Origin: a virus | Length of the DNA stretch: 32,033 nt | Strand: one strand, 5' to 3' | IMG/VR virus record: IMGVR_UViG_3300002091_000017 | Location: 1 to 32,033 of that record | Shown: one piece after another, positions 26,533 to 31,969 of the stretch | Numbering within the stretch: position 1 is the first letter of the stretch | How the letters are laid out: each line of letters opens with the position of its first letter | Made by a program: the position numbers and the translations under genes | The notes under the pieces: generated by a model | Told to the model about the DNA's origin: nothing | The model's input: the letters and a program-made list of their open reading frames with translations, nothing else | Database searches by the model: none

Positions 26533-26729
26533 CAAATTTTAAAATTGATGGCAAACATCACGAATCAAAAAAAGGGCATTACGTTGTAGAACGTGAGCAC
26601 GAAAAGAAAGAACACAACGAAATAAAGCGTTTAGAAAATAAACTTGAAAAACATGAACATTTACCAATGGAAAAGGCTCATCCAAGTGATCAGAAGAGCC
26701 ATCCATTGCCAAACATGAGAAAGTATTAA
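26529..26729 (+). CDS. His/Lys/Glu-rich 66-aa protein, last gene of the late operon
   Basis: ATGA-coupled to the endolysin. It has 9 His in 66 aa and no hydrophobic segment or lipobox. Confidence 0.6.
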   Translation: MTNFKIDGKHHESKKGHYVVEREHEKKEHNEIKRLENKLEKHEHLPMEKAHPSDQKSHPLPNMRKY

Positions 26730-26860
26730 TTTACAACTTTATAACCATGTTTTAACCAGGTGTTATAAACATTTGTGTTTCTTGCATCAAAGTACACCCA
26801 CTTTGCATCTTTATAAGGTGGGTTATCATTTGAATACTTAGATTGTGGATGTAAGTTCAT
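26726..26860 (-). CDS. Hypothetical 44-aa protein, last ORF of the leftward operon
   Basis: Hand-read ORF MNLHPQSKYSNDNPPYKDAKWVYFDARNTNVYNTWLKHGYKVVN. Its ATG overlaps the upstream TGA (ATGA). Its stop overlaps the stop of the convergent gene 26529-26729. Confidence 0.35.
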   Translation of the reverse strand: MNLHPQSKYSNDNPPYKDAKWVYFDARNTNVYNTWLKHGYKVVN

Positions 26861-27072
26861 TTTGGCACACCTACGCATTTATAAAGTTTGTATGATTTAG
26901 ATGGATGCCATTTATCCATAAAAATATAACCACGTCTACGCAACTCACTTATTCTGGTGGCTAGTTTCATGCCACCACCCTCTTTAAAAGCGTCTAGTGG
27001 GCTAATCCAGCGTTTTTTAGCTAGTTTGACAATGATTTGATGTTGAGTCATGTTAAATCCTTTTTTTGACAT
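26857..27072 (-). CDS. Winged-helix DNA-binding protein (71 aa)
   Basis: RWISPLDAFKEGGGMKLATRISELRRRGYIF matches a small wHTH family common in phages (...TPLDAL...G..RLaaRI.eLR..G..I). Confidence 0.65.
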   Translation of the reverse strand: MSKKGFNMTQHQIIVKLAKKRWISPLDAFKEGGGMKLATRISELRRRGYIFMDKWHPSKSYKLYKCVGVPK

Positions 27073-27215
27073 TGATGGATAACTTCTTGAGGTACATCTA
27101 TTGAAATTGGGTAAGTAACATATCGGCAGTCGTACACTTTTTTAGTTGGTAGTTCTGCTAGGTATATTACAAATCCACAAATAAAAGTTGATAATAAAAG
27201 TGCTGCATATATCAT
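27048..27215 (-). CDS. Hypothetical 55-aa protein with N-terminal TM helix
   Basis: Hand-read ORF MIYAALLLSTFICGFVIYLAELPTKKVYDCRYVTYPISIDVPQEVIHQCQKKDLT. SD GGAGGG 8 nt upstream. Its ATG overlaps the upstream TGA. Confidence 0.4.
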   Translation of the reverse strand: MIYAALLLSTFICGFVIYLAELPTKKVYDCRYVTYPISIDVPQEVIHQCQKKDLT

Positions 27216-27322
27216 TTAGTTGGCCCTCCAAACAACTTAGCTTCAAGTTCTCGCAGTTGTTGAGAAATTTCAAAAAGATGAGATTGTGTTTTTTCTAACT
27301 CAACCATTGCTTTTTCAAACAT
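27212..27322 (-). CDS. Hypothetical 36-aa helical protein
   Basis: Hand-read ORF MFEKAMVELEKTQSHLFEISQQLRELEAKLFGGPTK. ATGA-coupled to the next ORF. Confidence 0.35.
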   Translation of the reverse strand: MFEKAMVELEKTQSHLFEISQQLRELEAKLFGGPTK

Positions 27323-27344
27323 TGATTTCCAATATTCAGCGTCA

Positions 27345-27692
27345 TCAATCATCTAATTTGCCCTCCTCAAAGTCATCTTCAGCTTCTGATCTTGCCCATT
27401 TCTCTAGTTTATTAATAACTAAAACTTTGATGGCTCTACCAAACTTTTCAAGATCAGCAGTTGAATCACCCATATAGGATTCTATTTCTTTAGCTTCTTC
27501 TAAACTAAAAGAACCTAAAGCATAAGTAAAGTTTTCAAATGTACGATAATCAAATTTTTCATCAACACCCATTAATTCTTTAGTGCGTTCTTCAATTTTA
27601 TCTTCAGCAGCAGCATAGCGTTCTGATTCTGTATCTGTAGTTAGCCAAGAATCAAAACTTGTACCTGTAGACATCATGTTATATAAGCTCAT
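27345..27692 (-). CDS. Strongly acidic 115-aa early protein
   Basis: I count 29 Asp/Glu against about 14 Lys/Arg. The preferred start is ATG 27692 (AGGGG 6 nt upstream, TAATG-coupled to the 28-aa ORF). The track start is GTG 27719. Confidence 0.65.
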   Translation of the reverse strand: MSLYNMMSTGTSFDSWLTTDTESERYAAAEDKIEERTKELMGVDEKFDYRTFENFTYALGSFSLEEAKEIESYMGDSTADLEKFGRAIKVLVINKLEKWARSEAEDDFEEGKLDD

Positions 27693-27778
27693 TACCATCC
27701 CCTTACTAAAATCCAGCACAAAATTGCTGGGCCAAATACAATTAATGCTCCGATAACTGCTTCTATAAATGTTTGCAT
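27692..27778 (-). CDS. Hypothetical 28-aa hydrophobic peptide
   Basis: Hand-read ORF MQTFIEAVIGALIVFGPAILCWILVRGW. SD-like AGGGA upstream. Its stop overlaps the next ATG. Confidence 0.3.
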   Translation of the reverse strand: MQTFIEAVIGALIVFGPAILCWILVRGW

Positions 27779-27931
27779 TTTATTTCCCTTTAAAATGATT
27801 AATGAATACAACAACTACAGAATAATTAAGTTTTGTTAATATTGCAAGTAGGTAGATTCCCTAAGTGTAAAAATACAACATAGGGATGGTCAGGACTAAC
27901 AACGTGATGGGGAAAAGGGATTAAACCCCTG

Positions 27932-28675
27932 TCAGCCCTGACCGAGATTATTCTTTAATTGAAAATACTTTAATAAACATTTAAACATTTCAAAATGCTT
28001 TTGTAAATCTTCTTGTTCTATTTCGTGAACTTGAGTTTCTGTTTCACTAACAAATACAATAGCACATCTAGCATTAGGCATATTTAATCCATGTGCATAC
28101 GCAGAAAGTTGTAAAATATGTTCTGTATAGACCGATGCGTTTTCAAGGGATTCTTTCGTCTTAAAATCCACGATAATGCCATCTTTTGAAGAAAGGTCGC
28201 ACTTTCCTGCGTAGCCTAATGGGTGGGCAAATGATTGCTCACAGTCATAAAACTGATCACCAAAATGCTCTCTTAATGATTCTTCAGTTCTACGTGTATA
28301 GCTTGGGTATTCAGGCAAATATACTTGGCTAAAATAAGCCTCTAAAACATTGTGCATATTTGTGCCACGATCCATAGCATCACGACCAGTTGCTCTTGAA
28401 TCTTCTGTTACACGCTTTAACCAATCGGCTTCTGGTTCGTTTTCTAATCGAGGTAAGGTAAGACTAGCCAATAAAACCTGTTCTTGTTTCCAACGGTCTA
28501 AGCCTGGTTTAGCAAGACTACCAATAATAGTAGTGACTGAAGGCAACAATCCTTCTTTTTTAGCATCCCTAAGAGTTGTATTACGAACATTGCCATTTTT
28601 TGCAATGCGTGTATAACTAGGCTGCCCATCTGCTGTATACCAATGGCCTGAATTGCTTTCTGCTGTGATTATCAT
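27932..28675 (-). CDS. PD-(D/E)XK (RecB/Cas4-like fold, no Cys cluster) exonuclease
   Basis: RGTNMHNVLE ... YAGKCDLSSKDGIIVDFKTKE ... HILQLSAYAH gives the D ... (D/E)xK ... QxxxY arrangement. It lies in the same operon as the Erf and SSB genes. Confidence 0.75.
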   Translation of the reverse strand: MIITAESNSGHWYTADGQPSYTRIAKNGNVRNTTLRDAKKEGLLPSVTTIIGSLAKPGLDRWKQEQVLLASLTLPRLENEPEADWLKRVTEDSRATGRDAMDRGTNMHNVLEAYFSQVYLPEYPSYTRRTEESLREHFGDQFYDCEQSFAHPLGYAGKCDLSSKDGIIVDFKTKESLENASVYTEHILQLSAYAHGLNMPNARCAIVFVSETETQVHEIEQEDLQKHFEMFKCLLKYFQLKNNLGQG

Positions 28676-28782
28676 AATTTTCCCTTTTATGAAATTAAAC
28701 TACAAGTTAACTATTATGCACAAAAACAATAATTTATGTACAAAATGTGTAATATAAACAACATTTATTTTAAATTCAAGAA

Positions 28783-28904
28783 TACCGAATGGCTCATAAA
28801 TAAATCCTTAACCCACTTAATGCTTAACTTATGAATCATTACCGTTCGGTAAATAAACCAATTTTTTACCCAATTAGTACCCAATATATTACCATTCGGT
28901 AAAT
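28783..28904. repeat. Three copies of a palindromic CCGAAT-core iteron (candidate operator/origin)
   Basis: ATTACCGTTCGGTAAAT (28838-28854) and ATTACCATTCGGTAAAT (28888-28904) match at 16 of 17 positions, lie 50 bp apart and have the palindromic core TTACCG-TT-CGGTAA. TACCGAATGG (28783-28792) is the exact reverse complement of 28892-28901. TACCCAAT occurs twice, 11 bp apart (28867 and 28878). Confidence 0.8.
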
Positions 28905-28942
28905 TTCAACATGCTACAATTTAATGCGTTTGTTACTTTCAC

Positions 28943-29101
28943 TCATTTCTCACTCGCTTTTTTTATAAAGACAGTCAGTTCTTTATGCTCGCCACACCAG
29001 TCATCAGGTGCTTTAATTTGAGTTTTTGGAAATCTGCGACAAAAGCCCATAGCATCAAATCCCTTTGGGCTATACCAATATTTACAAGTTTTACAATTCA
29101 T
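28943..29101 (-). CDS. Cys-rich 52-aa protein (putative zinc-ribbon-like)
   Basis: Hand-read ORF MNCKTCKYWYSPKGFDAMGFCRRFPKTQIKAPDDWCGEHKELTVFIKKASEK. It has a CxxC ... C ... WCGEH pattern and SD-like AAGGGA upstream. Confidence 0.5.
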   Translation of the reverse strand: MNCKTCKYWYSPKGFDAMGFCRRFPKTQIKAPDDWCGEHKELTVFIKKASEK

Positions 29102-29176
29102 TCTTTTTCCCTTTTAGAGTGAACAATTCCCTATTCATGCCATCATGCAGCATAAAGTTTACAAAGTTAATAATCT

Positions 29177-29350
29177 TTACGAATAGACGATTTTTCCTGA
29201 CAGTTCAGAACCTCGTTGTATAACCTGTTCAACAAAGCGAGCAAGGCCCACTTGATCAAACTGATATACGGTACGTTCTTCGTCTACGTTGATACATTGT
29301 GTAAACGTGTCAGAATTATTCTTCGCATATTCACGAATCATATTATCCAT
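29177..29350 (-). CDS. Hypothetical 57-aa protein
   Basis: Hand-read ORF MDNMIREYAKNNSDTFTQCINVDEERTVYQFDQVGLARFVEQVIQRGSELSGKIVYS. It starts 6 nt after the ssb stop, with GAGG upstream. Confidence 0.5.
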   Translation of the reverse strand: MDNMIREYAKNNSDTFTQCINVDEERTVYQFDQVGLARFVEQVIQRGSELSGKIVYS

Positions 29351-29356
29351 ATAACC

Positions 29357-29773
29357 TCAAAAAGGTAAATCTTCTAAAATATCACCTAAAGATTGTGAAG
29401 GCTTGGTACTAATCTCTCCATAATCAACAGATGGGGTTTTTACTTCTTTACTACCCAACAACTGCAAACTACTGACTACAATATTTGTTGAATACTTTTC
29501 TACACCAGCTTTATCTGTGTATTTATTAGTCTTAATCTTGCCCTCAATATAAACCTGAGTGCCTTTAGTCACATATTTATTAGCAATATCTGACAACTTA
29601 CCAAAGCAAGAAATGTTGTGCCATTCAGTCTGATCTTTCCATTCACCAGACTTATCTTTGTATTTCTCAGAAGTTGCCAAACTAAAGCTAGTAACACCTG
29701 TTCCGTCTTGAAATGCACGAGTTTCAGGATTTTTACCTACATGGCCTACTAAAATAACTTTATTAACCGACAT
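29357..29773 (-). CDS. ssb: Single-stranded DNA-binding protein
   Basis: Canonical OB-fold N-terminus MSVNKVILVGHVGKNPETR ... TEWHNISCFGKLSDIA and an acidic C-terminal tip DILEDLPF. Confidence 0.92.
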   Translation of the reverse strand: MSVNKVILVGHVGKNPETRAFQDGTGVTSFSLATSEKYKDKSGEWKDQTEWHNISCFGKLSDIANKYVTKGTQVYIEGKIKTNKYTDKAGVEKYSTNIVVSSLQLLGSKEVKTPSVDYGEISTKPSQSLGDILEDLPF

Positions 29774-30359
29774 TTGATTCTCCTAATTTCTTTTCTAACA
29801 TGGCAATGGCTTGAATACCCTGATTTCTATCTAAAAGCGATACAGAAGGCTTTTTAAAGTAAGCAAGTAACTTAGCCTCATCTGAAGCAGTTTGTTCAAT
29901 TAAAGCGTTTATAGACGCTATTTGTTGAGCAGTAATGCTTGGTGCTTTTTCGACAACACTTGTTGCTTTTTCAGATGCAGAGTTCCCATCATCATCCGCT
30001 TGAACTACACCAACAATTGCTGCTAAAGCATATCTACGCATATAAGTGATGGCTGATCCTGCACCTTGAGCATCTGGTTTAGAAACAGGCAGGCTCATAT
30101 TTTGGGCTACCCATTCACCACTAGAGTGTGTCATTACAGTAGTTAAAGTCATATTGCCATCAACATAATCACCAGGGAACTGCATAATAGCTAAACCATT
30201 GGCAGATAATAATTCCCTACAAGCATCCCAAACAGATTCAAGGTCGGCATAGTTAGATTTAAAAAATGGATTTTTAGAATCTTTTTTAGCAAAGGTTAAT
30301 TGGCCTTGCACAATAGCAAGGGCTGTAGCTAATTCTTTTACGGTAGCAGATGAATTCAT
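29763..30359 (-). CDS. erf: Erf-family single-strand annealing protein
   Basis: LATALAIVQGQLTFAKKDSKNPFFKSNYADLESVWDACRELLSANGLAI is the characteristic ERF N-terminal block. It overlaps ssb by 11 nt. Confidence 0.8.
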   Translation of the reverse strand: MNSSATVKELATALAIVQGQLTFAKKDSKNPFFKSNYADLESVWDACRELLSANGLAIMQFPGDYVDGNMTLTTVMTHSSGEWVAQNMSLPVSKPDAQGAGSAITYMRRYALAAIVGVVQADDDGNSASEKATSVVEKAPSITAQQIASINALIEQTASDEAKLLAYFKKPSVSLLDRNQGIQAIAMLEKKLGESNVG

Positions 30360-30550
30360 TGAACTCTCCTAAATGCAGAACGTGGCATACCACACTCAAA
30401 CCAAATGACGTCTTTATCTTCTTCAGACATAATTCCATGCTCCATATGATCTAATGCTTCTAATAGTCTCATTTGTCTTTCTTCTTGCATCACTCGCATT
30501 TCTTGTAAATCGTCATCAATGTTAAATGTATCAATCGTATCTTGTGTCAT
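30356..30550 (-). CDS. Acidic 64-aa protein, first gene of the leftward early operon
   Basis: SD AAGGGAG upstream. ATGA-coupled to erf. I count 16 acidic against 7 basic residues. Confidence 0.65.
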   Translation of the reverse strand: MTQDTIDTFNIDDDLQEMRVMQEERQMRLLEALDHMEHGIMSEEDKDVIWFECGMPRSAFRRVQ

Positions 30551-30575
30551 AGTTTTCTCCCTTTAGTTAACTATG

Positions 30576-30590
30576 TTGTTATATTAACAA
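30576..30590. promoter_or_regulatory. Operator-like inverted repeat TTGTTA-tat-TAACAA
   Basis: A 6+3+6 inverted repeat that overlaps the -10 of the leftward promoter. Confidence 0.5.
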
Positions 30591-30609
30591 ATATTAAAAG
30601 AATGTGCAA
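30581..30609 (-). promoter_or_regulatory. Leftward early promoter (sigma70, extended -10)
   Basis: Read on the minus strand: TTGCAC (30609-30604), 17-nt spacer, TGtTAATAT with the -10 hexamer at 30586-30581. About 30 nt of leader with an SD precede ATG 30550. Confidence 0.6.
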
Positions 30610-30618
30610 CAAGTGTTG
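30607..30618. promoter_or_regulatory. Operator-like inverted repeat CAACA-ag-TGTTG
   Basis: A 5+2+5 inverted repeat that overlaps the -35 elements of both divergent promoters. Confidence 0.5.
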
Positions 30619-30644
30619 TAAAATAAACAAAAATAATTTAAGAT
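30616..30644 (+). promoter_or_regulatory. Rightward promoter that would give a leaderless Cro-like mRNA
   Basis: TTGTAA (30616-30621), 17-nt spacer, TAAGAT (30639-30644). ATG 30651 lies 7 nt after the -10 and no SD is present. Confidence 0.45.
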
Positions 30645-30650
30645 AGATTA

Positions 30651-30899
30651 ATGAATAAAACAGTAAACAATTTAACTTTTAGCGATTCCATGCTAATTGA
30701 TCTTTTAGGTGGCACAGGTAAAGTGGCTAAAATGTGTAAGGTTGCACCAGCAGCCGTAGCACAATGGCGATTGCGTGGGCTGCCTCATGGGCAACTTATA
30801 TTTTTAGCTGCTAGATTAGAAAAAGAATCACATGGATTAGTAACTAGAAAAGATTTATTTCCTAAAAGTTACAGTCTTGTATGGCCTGAACTAACATGA
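30651..30899 (+). CDS. Cro / YdaS-like HTH transcriptional regulator (82 aa)
   Basis: LLGGTGKVAKMCKVAPAAVAQWRLRGLP fits the YdaS/Cro-type HTH (GG...vA..lgv...aVsqW). It is the first gene on the rightward side of the divergent control region. Confidence 0.7.
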   Translation: MNKTVNNLTFSDSMLIDLLGGTGKVAKMCKVAPAAVAQWRLRGLPHGQLIFLAARLEKESHGLVTRKDLFPKSYSLVWPELT

Positions 30900-31729
30900 G
30901 TCCATTTAAAATTATTGAACCTACGGTAATTTCCTTTAGTGGTGGTCGGACTTCTGGATATATGTTATGGCGAGTATTGCAAGAAAACAACGGTTTGCCT
31001 GATGATGCAATTGTTATTTTTGCCAATACAGGCAAAGAAATGGAAGAAACCCTTGAGTTTGTAAGGGATTGTGAAATTAATTGGAAAGTGCCTATTCATT
31101 GGGTAGAATATCAATGGAATGAAGATTCCAAGTTGAGATTTAAACGTGTAGATTTTAACACGGCAAGTCGTAAAGGTGAGCCATTTATGGATATGATTCA
31201 TGAATCTACAGGTTATTTGCCTAATCCTGTCGCTCGCATTTGTACGGCAACACTCAAAATACGCACAATAGACAAGTATTTAAAGTCTTTAGGATGGAAA
31301 CATAACGAAAACATGGACTGGGTAGGCATTAGAGCAGATGAACAACGTAGGGCTGCTAAAATTGCTAGGGAACGAACTCCATTAGTAACTGCTGGCATTA
31401 CAAAGGCTCATGTTGGTGACTTTTGGAAGATGCAATCATTTGATTTAAAGTTGCCTAACAATAACGGTGTTACGATGCACGGTAATTGTGATTTATGTTT
31501 TTTAAAGCCAGCTCATCAAATTTTAAGTCTTATTCGTGAAAAACCTAGTCGTGCAGATTGGTGGATAGAAGCTGAGATGTCTGGACAGACATCGAACAAA
31601 ACTTTTGGCGATGGTGGTCGTTTTAGAAAAGACAGACCATCTTATAAACAAATGAAAGATTACGCATTAAGTCAACATGAATTATTTGATATGAATGAAG
31701 AAGCAATACCTTGTTTTTGTGGTGATTAA
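30896..31729 (+). CDS. PAPS-reductase-family PP-loop enzyme with C-terminal Cys pairs
   Basis: VISFSGGRTSGYMLW is a PP-loop (SGGxxS) motif. Cys pairs GNCDLCF and IPCFCGD lie near the C-terminus. ATGA-coupled to the cro-like gene. Confidence 0.7.
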   Translation: MSPFKIIEPTVISFSGGRTSGYMLWRVLQENNGLPDDAIVIFANTGKEMEETLEFVRDCEINWKVPIHWVEYQWNEDSKLRFKRVDFNTASRKGEPFMDMIHESTGYLPNPVARICTATLKIRTIDKYLKSLGWKHNENMDWVGIRADEQRRAAKIARERTPLVTAGITKAHVGDFWKMQSFDLKLPNNNGVTMHGNCDLCFLKPAHQILSLIREKPSRADWWIEAEMSGQTSNKTFGDGGRFRKDRPSYKQMKDYALSQHELFDMNEEAIPCFCGD

Positions 31730-31739
31730 AGTTTATAAT
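31711..31739 (+). promoter_or_regulatory. Candidate sigma70 promoter reading into the structured junction region
   Basis: TTGTTT (31711-31716), 17-nt spacer, TATAAT (31734-31739). It overlaps the 3' end of the PAPS-reductase-like gene. Confidence 0.35.
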
Positions 31740-31749
31740 TAAATTGTCA

Positions 31750-31852
31750 GGTGTGGAAGCCTGTGATTAATCGGTAGATAAGTGCCTATTCACATGGGTT
31801 GGTTTTTTAATATAAACTTTTCTATCGGTTTGTTATATTAGACTTCCACACC
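31750..31852 (+). ncRNA. Long rod-like hairpin (candidate structured RNA or DNA cruciform element)
   Basis: The outer stem is a perfect 10-bp pairing, GGTGTGGAAG (31750-31759) / CTTCCACACC (31843-31852). The inner stem is 10 bp, AATCGGTAGA (31769-31778) / TCTATCGGTT (31821-31830), with two G-U pairs that are valid only in plus-sense RNA. A further 4 bp (31780-31783 / 31816-31819) extend it. Confidence 0.4.
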
Positions 31853-31969
31853 AACTCAGTTGAATGGGCATTTTCATTTGGGTGACCGTACTCCACACGT
31901 CAGTAGTGATCCTAAATGGGATGCTTGGAAAGAAACATAGGCTAACGTACACTCCGTTGCAAGCCTCGC

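Noticed and set aside
26529-26729. His/Lys-rich 66-aa protein read as a cationic disruptin-type outer-membrane lytic peptide
   Set aside because: By my count the net charge is only about +3 (15 Lys/Arg against 12 Asp/Glu), and there is no obvious amphipathic hydrophobic face. It is kept only as an unexplained gene within the lysis finding.
28783-28904. Palindromic repeats read as a mini CRISPR array
   Set aside because: There are only three copies, one of them inverted. The repeats are 17 bp long with irregular spacing of about 35-45 bp, and no cas genes are present. The pattern fits protein-binding iterons instead.
31745-31900. TCCACAC copies read as DnaA boxes
   Set aside because: They match only 6-7 of the 9 positions of TTATNCACA, and only in the 3' half. 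They are noted in a finding as repeats, but a DnaA-box call is not justified from sequence alone.
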